A DNA stretch of 64,000 nt. It comes from an uncultured Candidatus Rokubacteria bacterium (GTDB lineage: Bacteria > Methylomirabilota > Methylomirabilia > Rokubacteriales > CSP1-6). The notes under the pieces were generated by a model. The model was not told the origin of the DNA. It saw nothing but the letters and a program-made list of their open reading frames with translations, and did no database searches. A program made the translations under genes and the position numbers. How positions within the stretch are numbered: the stretch's first letter is position 1; the number at the start of each line of letters is the position of its first letter. Location: NCBI GenBank assembly GCA_963747235.1, contig CAVVEU010000033.1, positions 128,001 through 192,000 of the forward strand, given 5' to 3'. Below are positions 21,648-30,651 of this stretch, in pieces.

Positions 21648-23037
21648 CTAGAAGGAGACGACCTTGAGGCGCACGAGGCCGAAGACGCCGCGCGCGGAGC
21701 CGTCGCGGTACACCGAATCGTCGTACCGCTCGTAGCCGGCCTGGAAGGACAGGCTGGTCGGCCCGCCCAGGAGCCGGCCGAGCCCGCACGAGAGCCCCCC
21801 GCTCAGGCTCATCGTCCGCCCGTCCACGGTGCCGTCGCTGGCCTGCGAGGCGGTGTAGGCGCCGAGGGTCCACAGCTTCCACCAGCTCGCGGGCGGTCCG
21901 TAGGACAGCAGCAGCGAGGCCGAGGTGGTATTGGCTGCGCGTGTCCGACCATTCATAGCGATCGAGGCCGGTGCTCACGGCCGGCGCGATCACCAGGGAC
22001 TCGAGCGGCCGCAGCGTGAGGCGCAGATCGTGGTACAGCATGGTCATCGTGTGATCGGGCTGCGCCACGTCGCGGCTCGTGATGTAGGTGGAGGAGCCCG
22101 AGACGTCCCAGCGCGGCGCGCCATAGTAGATGCTGCCGGACATGCTGTCGAAGGTCTGCTCCTCGGTGGACCGCGGAAGACCGTCGCCGTTCAGCCACAC
22201 CCGCTCCGAATCGCCGTTGGCATAGGTCAGCCCGAGGATCGGCCAGCCCCGCGGCGCGAGCTGCGCGCTGATCGCGGTCTGGGCGCGGGTGGTGCGGGGC
22301 AGCGCCGGGTTGCGGTCCACGTTGTCGGCCAGCTCGGACTGCGACAGGCGCAGGCGCACGAGGCCCAGGCGCTGCGCGACCCAGAGCTCGGTGCCCTCCC
22401 GGTCTCGCTGCGACGCCGGCCCGGTCACCAGGCGCTCGAACCGCTTGCCGACCGAGCGGTACTCGGCGCCGCCCTCGAAGTCGCTGACCGAGCCCTTGAG
22501 GCCCAGGGAGATCGGCTCCTCCTGCTCCTCGAGCCCGAGGCCGAAGGCCGCGCCGGGCGACACCACCGGCCCATAGCCGAGGCCGCCCTCCGGGCGAGAG
22601 GCCGCGAGGCTCGGCGGAACGTAGGCGACCGCGCCGTAGGCGGTGACCTTGGCCTCCTGCGGCCGGGACGCGGCGGCGGCGCCGAAGCGCATCAGGTGCC
22701 AGCGCTCGCCCTTGCCCAGCAGCACGCGGAGGTCGCTCGAGTCGTCCTCGCCGGTGGACCGCAGCGTGAGCGGATCGGACTGGACCGCGGCGGTGGGCGC
22801 GTCGCGGAGCAGCACCGCGCTCATGTCGCTCAGGCCCGAGTCGTCGCGCGGGCGATCCTCCAGCGGCCGGCCCAGGCGCGAGGCGAAGAGCCACGGGGGC
22901 AGGTCGCGCGGACGCTCCTCGATCCGGGGCTCCTCGGAGCGAGCGTCCTCGAGCCACTGCGATTCGCCGGCCGCAACGGAGGGCAGCGCGATCGCGATCA
23001 AGGTGGCCAGAGCGAGCAACGGGCGGGTGATGATCAT
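21648..23037 (-). CDS. Hypothetical exported protein, probable outer-membrane beta-barrel (frameshift near 21928)
   Basis: N-terminal signal peptide, many alternating amphipathic segments, joined C-terminus GVFGLVRLKVVSF ending in Phe. Confidence 0.6.
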
Positions 23038-23186
23038 GCGGGTTCCTGCGTCGTCGTACTTCCAAGTCTACGACCGCGGGTAATTTCCCACCAAGCTTTG
23101 CCGCGCCCGCGCGGCGCACTGCGTAATGTTCGTGTATAGTCCAGCCGATCTCACCGCCGTCATGAACGAAATCGAGGAGGACGACG

Positions 23187-24185
23187 ATGTCCAGGGTCTT
23201 GATGATCGCCGCGTGCCTGCTGCGGCCCATTCCCGCGTGGGCCGCCGATACCGTCAACGTCTACACCGCCTGGCCCGAGTCGCTGTCGCAGCCGATCTTC
23301 AAGGCCTACACCGCCAAGACCGGCGTGCAGATCAACTTCATCCGCCTCTCCACCGGAGAGCTGGTGGCGCGCGCCACCGCCGAGAAGAACAACCCCCGCG
23401 CCGACGTGATCTGGGGCGCTCCGGGCGACGGCTTCGCGGCGGCCAAGGCGGCGGGCATCATCGAGCCCTACAAGGCGGCGGGCTGGGGCAAGATCGCCCC
23501 CGAGCTGAAGGATCCGGAGGGTTATTACACGGCGGTGAGCAAGAACACGCTGCTGTTCATGTCCAACGCCAAGCTCCTCAAGGAAAAAGGACTCAAGCCC
23601 CCCACCTCCTGGAACGATCTGCTCGATCCGGCCTACAAGGGACAGATCCAGACCGCGGATGCCCGCACCTCGGGCACCGCGCTGACGCGCATCCTCTCCA
23701 TCTACTACGCGTTCGGGAAGGACGAGGAGAAGACGATCGACTACCAGAAGAAGCTCCACGCGAACGTGCAGGTCTACACCAAGAGCGGCGGCGGCTGCAC
23801 CATCCCGGCCGCGATGGGCCAGGCCATGGTGTGCATCGCCCACATGCCCGACGCGATGGAGGCCAAGAAGAAGGGCTACGACATGGTGACCACGTTCCCC
23901 CGTGAGGGCGTGGCCGCGGTCATCGAGGCGGTGGCCCTGGTCAAGGGGGCCAAGAACCGCGAGGCCGCCACGAAGTTCATCGACTGGACGTTCACCAAGG
24001 ACATGCAGGACCTCCTCGACAAGAACGAGGTCTACATGCTGCCGACCCTGCCCGAGGGAAGCGTCAACCCGGCGGTCCAGGCCCTGATGAAGGAGGCCAA
24101 GCTCCTCCCGGTGGACCTCGAGTGGGTGGGCAAGAACCGCAAGCGCCTGGTGGACCGCTGGGTCAACGAGGTCATCAAGGACTGA
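23187..24185 (+). CDS. ABC substrate-binding protein, AfuA/FbpA/PotD-type (Fe3+, phosphonate or sugar-phosphate class)
   Basis: AEKNNPRADVIWG, PTSWNDLLDPAYKG, DARTSGT, AATKFIDW; GAGGAGG RBS. Confidence 0.88.
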   Translation: MSRVLMIAACLLRPIPAWAADTVNVYTAWPESLSQPIFKAYTAKTGVQINFIRLSTGELVARATAEKNNPRADVIWGAPGDGFAAAKAAGIIEPYKAAGWGKIAPELKDPEGYYTAVSKNTLLFMSNAKLLKEKGLKPPTSWNDLLDPAYKGQIQTADARTSGTALTRILSIYYAFGKDEEKTIDYQKKLHANVQVYTKSGGGCTIPAAMGQAMVCIAHMPDAMEAKKKGYDMVTTFPREGVAAVIEAVALVKGAKNREAATKFIDWTFTKDMQDLLDKNEVYMLPTLPEGSVNPAVQALMKEAKLLPVDLEWVGKNRKRLVDRWVNEVIKD

Positions 24186-24186
24186 C

Positions 24187-25889
24187 GTGAGCCCGGCCCC
24201 CGCCCCGGCGGGCTCGTCGCGGGCGGCGCTGCGGGATCCGGTCCTGGCCCCGGTGGTCCTGCTGCTCTGGGCGGCCGTCGCGCTCTTCGTTCTCTACCCG
24301 GTCACCCGGCTGCTCGCGCTGACGTTCTGGGACGACGGCCCGACGCTCGGCGCGGTACGCGAGCTCGTCGGGAGCTGGCAGCATCGCCGGGCGCTCTGGA
24401 ACAGCCTGGTCCTGGCCGGCCTGGTGGGCGCGGCGGGCACCGCGCTCGGCTTCGCCTTCGCGCTCCTGGCCGTCCGGGCGAACCTGCCGCGCTGGGTGGG
24501 CACGGTTCTCGATACCATCGTCCTGCTGCCGCTGATCTCCCCGCCCTTCACCGCCGCCATCGCCCTCATCTTCGCCCTGGGCCCGCGGGGGCTCATCTCC
24601 TATCACGTGTTCGGCATCACCGGCCTCAACATCTACGGCCTCGGCGGCACGCTCCTGTCGGAGACGCTCACCTACTTCCCGATCGCCTATCTCACGCTCA
24701 AGGGCGTGCTCGCCAACATCGACCCGAACCTGGAAGACGGCGGCTTCAGCCTCGGGCGCGCGGCGCTTGCGCGTGTTCCGCACCATCACCGTGCCGCTCG
24801 CGGCGCCGGGGATCGCCAACGCGTTCCTGCTCCTCACCGCGGCGTCGCTGGCCGACTTCGCCACCCCGCTGATCCTGGGCGGCACCAAGTTCCCGGTGCT
24901 CCCCACCCAGGCCTTTCTCCAGATCACCGGGCTCTACGACATGCGGGGCGGCGCCGCGCTCTCGTTCCTGCTGCTGGTCCCCGCGCTGGCCGTCTTCGTG
25001 GCCCAGCGCTGGTGGACGGAGCGCCGCTCGGTGGTCACGGTGACCGGCAAGGTGGGCGCGGCCACGCGCGTGAAGAGCCTCTCGCCCGGGGCGGTGGCGG
25101 CGCTGGCCCTGGTGTGCGCGCTCACCGTGACGCTGGTGCTGACCTTCTACCTGCTGATCGTGTTCGCCTCGCTGGTGCGGGCCCTGGGCGCGGACAACAG
25201 CTTCTCCACCGCCCACTACGCCCACGTGTTCAGCGGCGGGCTCAAGGCCATCCGCGACACCCTCGTCATCGCGGCGGTGTGCATGCCGGCGGGCGGGCTC
25301 TTCGCGGTGGTGCTGGGCTACGTGGTGGCGCGCACCCAGTTTCCCGGGACGCCGGGCCCTGGAGTTCGCGGCCATGATCAACTACGCGCTGCCCGGGACC
25401 ATCGTGGGCATCGCGTACCTGGTGGCGTTCAACGATCCGCCCCTGGCGCTGACCGGCACCGCGTTCATCCTGGTGATCTGCTACGTGTTCCGCTACAGCC
25501 TGGCCGGCACCCGCGCCACCACCGCGCTGCTCGCGCAGGTGGACCCGTCGATCGAGGAGGCCTCGGCGAGCCTCGGGGCGCGAAGGGACGTGACGTTTCG
25601 CCGGATCGTGCTCCCGCTGATCCGGCCCGCGCTGCTCGCGGGCATGACCGTGCTCTTCATCCGGGCCATGACCGCGATCAGCGCCACCATCTTCCTGGTC
25701 TCGCTGAGCTGGTCGCTGGTGACGGTGCGCATCCTCGAGGGCATCACCAATCTCGAGCTGGGGCAGGCCTCGGCCTTCTCGGTGCTGGTCATCCTGCTCG
25801 TCTACGCCGCGGTCATCCTCTCCAGCCTGGTCATGCGCCGGCTCAACGCGGGCAGCCTCGGCCAGGCGGGCACGCTGCTGGGCGGATGA
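24187..25889 (+). CDS. Duplicated-domain ABC permease, FbpB/AfuB type (frameshifts near 24760 and 25345)
   Basis: LPLISPPF, IDPNLED, SLADFATPLILGG, ALPGTIVG, VDPSIEEAS spread over three frames. Confidence 0.85.
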
Positions 25890-26986
25890 GCGCGGCGGGC
25901 GCGCGGCTCCGGCTCGTCTCCGTCTCCAAGCGCTTCGTCCGCGCCGAGCAGGGCGTGGCCGCGGTGGACGACGTGAGCCTCACCGTGGAGCCGGGCGAGC
26001 TGCTGACCCTGCTCGGGCCCTCCGGCTGCGGCAAGACCACGACCTTGCGAATGGTCGCGGGCTTCGAGCAGCCGGACTCGGGGCGGGTCCTGATCGACGA
26101 GCAGGACGTCACCGGCCTCATGGTCTACCGCCGGAGCATCGGCTTCGTGTTCCAGAACTACGCGCTCTTCCCGCACCTCACCGTGTTCGAGAACGTGGCC
26201 TACGGCCTGCGCGTGAAGCGGCTCGCCGCGGGCGCGATCCGCGAGCGGGTGGAGCGCGTGCTCGCCCTGGTGGGGCTCCCCGGCTACGAGCGCCGCTTCC
26301 CGAACCAGCTCTCGGGCGGCGAGCAGCAGCGGGTCGCGGTGGCGCGCGCGGTGGTGGTGGAGCCGCGGCTGCTCCTCTTCGACGAGCCGCTCAGCAACCT
26401 GGACGCCAAGCTGCGGGTGCAGATGCGCGAGGAGCTCTCGCGGCTGCAGCGCCAGCTCGCCATCACCACGATCTACGTGACCCACGACCAGGAAGAGGCG
26501 ATGGCCATCTCCGACCGCATCGCGGTGATGCACGCGGGCCGCGTGGCCCAGGTCGGCACCGCGCACGATCTCTACCGCGCGCCGCGCTCCGTGTTCGTCG
26601 CCCAGTTCATCGGCCGCGTCAACCTCCTGCCCGCCCGCGTGGTGCGCGCGGACCCCGGCGCCGCGGTGGTGGCCCTCTGGGGGCGCGAGATCCCGGTGCC
26701 CGCCGAGGAGCCGGCCGCGGCCGGGCAGACCGTGTCCCTGGTGCTGCGGCCCGAATCGGTGGCGCTCCTGCCCGAGGGCGCGGCCGCGCCGGCGGGGGAG
26801 GTCGCCGTCGCGGGCGTGGTGCGGAGCCGGACGTTCCTGGGCGAGAAGGTCGAGTACGCGGTGGAGGTCGCGGGCGTGCTGCTCCAGGCCGTCTCCTACG
26901 ATCCGCTCCGCCACGGCCTCTTCGACCTGGGCGCCCGCGTCCAGATCGCCTGCGCGCCCGCCTCCCTCCGCGTCCTCCGCGCCTGA
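25886..26986 (+). CDS. ABC ATP-binding protein, FbpC/PotA type with TOBE domain
   Basis: GPSGCGKTT, FQNYALFPH, LSGGEQQR, DEPLSNLD, VTHDQEEA. Confidence 0.93.
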   Translation: MSAAGARLRLVSVSKRFVRAEQGVAAVDDVSLTVEPGELLTLLGPSGCGKTTTLRMVAGFEQPDSGRVLIDEQDVTGLMVYRRSIGFVFQNYALFPHLTVFENVAYGLRVKRLAAGAIRERVERVLALVGLPGYERRFPNQLSGGEQQRVAVARAVVVEPRLLLFDEPLSNLDAKLRVQMREELSRLQRQLAITTIYVTHDQEEAMAISDRIAVMHAGRVAQVGTAHDLYRAPRSVFVAQFIGRVNLLPARVVRADPGAAVVALWGREIPVPAEEPAAAGQTVSLVLRPESVALLPEGAAAPAGEVAVAGVVRSRTFLGEKVEYAVEVAGVLLQAVSYDPLRHGLFDLGARVQIACAPASLRVLRA

Positions 26987-26992
26987 CCCCAG

Positions 26993-28306
26993 CTACCGCG
27001 CCATCATCTGGCGGGGGAGCCAGAGGGCGAGCTCGGGGAAGAGGAAGAGCAGGATCACCATGAGGATCATCAGCAGCACGTAGGGCGTGGTGCCCACCGT
27101 GACCTCGCGGGCGGTGCTGCCCGGCATCAGGCCCTGGATGACGAAGAGGTTCAGCCCCACCGGCGGCGTGATGAAGCCGATCTCGAGCCACACCACCATG
27201 ATGATGCCGAACCACACCGGGTCGAAGCCCAGGCCGGTGATGAGGGGGAAGAGGATCGGCAGCAGGATGATCATCACCGACAGCTCCTCGAGCGCGTAGG
27301 CGATCACGAGGAGGAACGAGAACACCGCGGTGAAGAAGGCCCACTTGGGCAGCCCGAGCGAGACCACGTAGGCGAGCAGGGCCTTGGGCGCGCCGATCAG
27401 GGCGATGACGTGGGAGAAGATGGCCGCGAAGATGATGATGGCCATCACCATCGAGGTGGTGCGCACCGTCTCCTCGAAGGCGCGCCGCATCGCCACCCAG
27501 GTGAGGGTCCCCGCCCACCAGGCGAGCAGCAGGCTCACCATGGTGCCCAGCGCCGCGGCCTCGGTGGGCGTGACGATGCCCAGGTACATCGAGCCCAGCA
27601 CCACCACGATCAGGATCGCGACCGGCAGCACCTCGCGCAGGGCCTCGAGCTTGGAGGCGAAGGAGCCGCGGTCCTCGGCCGCGCGCGGCGCCGCCTCCGG
27701 CCAGATCATCGCGTAGACGATCACGTAGGCCGCGAAGATCAGCGACAGCAGGATGCCCGGGATGATGCCCGCCATGTAGAGATGGCCCACCGAGGTCTCG
27801 GTCATCACCCCGTAGATGATCATCGGGATCGACGGCGGGATCAGGATGCCCAGCGTGCCCCCCGCGGCGAGCGAGCCGATGATCACGCTGCGGCGATAGC
27901 CGCGGCGCTCCATCTCGGGAATCGCGATCATGCCGATGGTGGCCGCGGTGGCCACGCTCGAGCCCGACACCGCCGCGAACACCGCGCAGGAGAAGATGCT
28001 CGCCACCGCGAGGCCGCCGGGCAGGAAGCCGACCCAGCGCGCCATCGCCCGGAAGAGGCCGCGGCCGATGCCCGAGTGCAGCAGGATGCCGCTCATGAAC
28101 ACGAAGAGCGGCACCGCGATGAACGAGAAGCTGGTGGCGTTGGACCAGGCGATGGACCCGATGACGCCCAGGCCCACCGTGAAGCCCTTGAGGTAGAGCA
28201 GCCCGAGCAGGCCGACCAGCCCGAGCGCGATGGACACCTCGAGCCCGAGGGCCAGCAGGAGGAACATGAGCCCGATCAGCAGGCTCCCGAGCAGGGCGTC
28301 GGTCAA
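26993..28306 (-). CDS. dctM: TRAP transporter large permease
   Basis: AVPLFVFM, FAAVSGSSVATAATIG, GGTLGILIPPS, ITPPVGLNLFV; TTG start overlaps the dctQ stop. Confidence 0.92.
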   Translation of the reverse strand: MTDALLGSLLIGLMFLLLALGLEVSIALGLVGLLGLLYLKGFTVGLGVIGSIAWSNATSFSFIAVPLFVFMSGILLHSGIGRGLFRAMARWVGFLPGGLAVASIFSCAVFAAVSGSSVATAATIGMIAIPEMERRGYRRSVIIGSLAAGGTLGILIPPSIPMIIYGVMTETSVGHLYMAGIIPGILLSLIFAAYVIVYAMIWPEAAPRAAEDRGSFASKLEALREVLPVAILIVVVLGSMYLGIVTPTEAAALGTMVSLLLAWWAGTLTWVAMRRAFEETVRTTSMVMAIIIFAAIFSHVIALIGAPKALLAYVVSLGLPKWAFFTAVFSFLLVIAYALEELSVMIILLPILFPLITGLGFDPVWFGIIMVVWLEIGFITPPVGLNLFVIQGLMPGSTAREVTVGTTPYVLLMILMVILLFLFPELALWLPRQMMAR

Positions 28307-28815
28307 CGGGGCTCCGTGGACGGCGGCACCTCGTCGCGCCCGGCGGGCGGCCCCAGCGCGGCGCGGAGCTGGCGGCGGAGGGCGCCGAGCATGACCGCGC
28401 TCATCAGGAGGAGGCCGGCCGGGATGAGCAGCATGGGCGCCCAGAGCGGGTACAGCATGACGGTGGACACGCGCCCGTACCGGTAGGCGGTGAGCGCGGA
28501 CTGCAGCGTGGTCCACGACACCACGAGGATGAACGCGATGCCCAGCGCCAGGCCGGCGGCCCGCAGCCAGGCGCGCAGCGCGGGCGGCAGGTGCGTGGTG
28601 ATCAGGTCCACCCGCACGTGCCCGCCGCTCAGGAAGGTGTAGGCGAGGCCGCCGAAGATCACCAGCACCAGGAGGAAGCTCGCCACCTCGTCCACGAAGA
28701 GCAGCGGCGAGTTGAGGAAGTAGCGGAGCAGGACGTCGGCGGAGATGAACACCGCGATGGCCAGCGTGGCGATGCCGGCCAGCAGCGCGGCGACCCAGGA
28801 GAGCCGCGCGATCAC
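28303..28815 (-). CDS. dctQ: TRAP transporter small permease
   Basis: DVLLRYFLNSPL, DEVA, GGHVRVD; four hydrophobic segments. Confidence 0.9.
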   Translation of the reverse strand: MIARLSWVAALLAGIATLAIAVFISADVLLRYFLNSPLLFVDEVASFLLVLVIFGGLAYTFLSGGHVRVDLITTHLPPALRAWLRAAGLALGIAFILVVSWTTLQSALTAYRYGRVSTVMLYPLWAPMLLIPAGLLLMSAVMLGALRRQLRAALGPPAGRDEVPPSTEPR

Positions 28816-28940
28816 AGCCCGAGCATCCGCAGCGCCTGCTCCACGACCTCCGCGAGCGCGGGCTCCGCCGAGCCCCCGAGGCTGCCCGACGCGATGGCGA
28901 GGGCCGCCGCCGCGGTCATGATCCAGGCGAGCCGGTTCAC
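28812..28940 (-). pseudogene. 42-aa ORF, probable internally deleted TRAP DctP (signal peptide plus C-terminal tail)
   Basis: GTG..TGA, MNRLAWIMTAAAALAIASGSLGGSAEPALA-EVVEQALRMLGL; GTGA overlaps at both ends; sits where dctP is expected. Confidence 0.5.
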
Positions 28941-29446
28941 CGGAGCAGCCCCGCGACGATGTCGGCGAGCGCGGCTTCGGCCTTGCGCCGCTGATCCTCC
29001 GCGGTCTCCCCGCCCTTCCGATGCGGGATCACCACCAGGGCCAGGTCCGGCACGTTCTGCAGCCGCGCCTGCATGCGCGCCGCGTTCTCGAAATTATCCC
29101 AGACGATCGTCACGGTATGGATCCCCCGCTTCTCCAGCGCGGCGGCGTCGAGCACACTGCCCGACGTGCACGAGCCTCAGAGCCCGATGCCCACCACCGC
29201 CGCGCTCGCGGCGGCCGCGGCCTCGTCGATGAGGGCGCGCGGCGAGGGCGCGGTGCCGGACGGCTTCACCAGCCGCCGCACGGTGGCCCCGTGCTCGCGG
29301 CCCAGCAGCGCCTCGAGATGGGTGGTGAACGGGATGTCGAGATTGTCGTCCACCAGGGCGATGGTGGCGCCCGCGAGCGCGCGCGGCCGCGCCGCCGCGG
29401 ATCCGCCGCCGCCGAGCTCGGGCCAGACCGGGCTCAGGATCTCCAT
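28937..29446 (-). CDS. UGSC-family selenoprotein (169 aa, Sec at TGA 29179-29177)
   Basis: ORFs 29177-29446 and 28937-29155 are in the same frame; read-through gives ..VVGIGL-U-GSCTSGSVLDAAALEKRGIHTV..; SECIS-like hairpin follows. Confidence 0.85.
29146..29166 (-). promoter_or_regulatory. Putative bacterial SECIS element
   Basis: CGUCGGGCA-GUG-UGCUCGACG, 9-bp stem with one G-U pair; starts 10 nt after the UGA; G-led apical loop about 20 nt from the UGA. Confidence 0.65.
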
Positions 29447-29449
29447 CGC

Positions 29450-30520
29450 TCAGGCCCTCCGGATCGCGCGGGTGACCGCGAAGCCCCCGAAGCCGCCCCA
29501 GCCGGGCAGCACCGCCGCGAAGTAGCTGCGCCCGCCCGCCACCGCGATGTGGATGTCGTCCGGCTCCGCGGAGACCGGGACGCGGGTGGTCGGGTTGTCG
29601 AGGTCGTAGCGGAGCGGGTAGCGGCCGGCGTCGCGCTCCATCTTCCGGAACTGCTCGTGCACCACCCCGCACGCCCGCACCTCGGCGATCGGCCGGCGCG
29701 CGTGCTCCCAGAGGTAGCGGCGCACGTCGGTCTTGGACCAGCCGCGCTTGGCGAACTCCTCGGCGTTGAGCGGGTTCAGCACCACCAGCATCTGCCCCAT
29801 CACGTGCATGTTGTTGTTGCCGAGCCCGCACATGGAGTCGGTCAGCACGTGGAGCATCTCCTCCGGCGTGCCGTAGCAGAAGACGCTGTGCGGCCCCTCG
29901 CAGGCGAAGACGGTCACCGCGTCGGACCCCGGCGGGCAGCCGCGCTCCACGTGCAGCGGCGCCCACGGGTTGTCTTCCTCCTCTTCCGCGATGCAGAACG
30001 CGTACTCGCCCGGGTGGGAGAGCGTGGCCTTGTCGGTGTCCCACGGCACCGCGCCGCCCAGGTTCCACAGCGCCAGCCGCACCGCGCGCCCCACCGCCGC
30101 GTTGGCCCGGTAGCCGTTGCCGAAGACCCCGTCGCGCGAGTTGAAGCCGAGCTCGCGCGCGATGGGGCCGTTGACGATGACCAGGGGCACGCACATGTGG
30201 GTGGTCTGGCTCACCCCGTTGAGATTGTGGGCGGGGTCGAGCAGCGCCTCCAGCGCGGCCAGCACCACCGGGAAGTGCGCGGGCAGGCAGCCGCCCATCA
30301 CCGCGTTGATGGCCAGCTTCTCGACCGTCGCGGGGCCGCCCTTGGGCGGCACCGGGCCCAGGCTCTCCTGCGGGTCGCGGCCCGCTCCCGCGATCATCGC
30401 CTCCACGCGCCGCCGCGTGGGCAGCACGACCGGGAGACCGTCGGTCCAGTTCCGCTGGTAGAAGAGCTCCACCGCCTCGTCGTAGTCGTCGATGTCGAGG
30501 CGTTCCGAGACGAGATACAT
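29450..30520 (-). CDS. Uncharacterised protein of the 'WTDGLPV' family (UGSC partner)
   Basis: WTDGLPVVLPT, ATVEKLAINAVMGGC, NGP, RANAAVGRA, AEEEEDNPWAPLHVERG, DIHIAVAGG; AGGAG RBS before ATG 30520. Confidence 0.8.
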   Translation of the reverse strand: MYLVSERLDIDDYDEAVELFYQRNWTDGLPVVLPTRRRVEAMIAGAGRDPQESLGPVPPKGGPATVEKLAINAVMGGCLPAHFPVVLAALEALLDPAHNLNGVSQTTHMCVPLVIVNGPIARELGFNSRDGVFGNGYRANAAVGRAVRLALWNLGGAVPWDTDKATLSHPGEYAFCIAEEEEDNPWAPLHVERGCPPGSDAVTVFACEGPHSVFCYGTPEEMLHVLTDSMCGLGNNNMHVMGQMLVVLNPLNAEEFAKRGWSKTDVRRYLWEHARRPIAEVRACGVVHEQFRKMERDAGRYPLRYDLDNPTTRVPVSAEPDDIHIAVAGGRSYFAAVLPGWGGFGGFAVTRAIRRA

Positions 30521-30599
30521 GGGCGGTCGATCTCCTGGGCCGGATGGGCGGCGCCGTATTGTCCCCGATTCCTCCCGGCGCGACAAGCGGCTTGAGCCC

Positions 30600-30628
30600 T
30601 TGACTTCTCCGGCGCCTCGCGCTATCGG
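30600..30628 (+). promoter_or_regulatory. Sigma70-type promoter
   Basis: TTGACT-17 nt-TATCGG, 23 nt upstream of ATG 30652. Confidence 0.4.
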
Positions 30629-30651
30629 TGTCGGACCCCCCACCGGGATCC

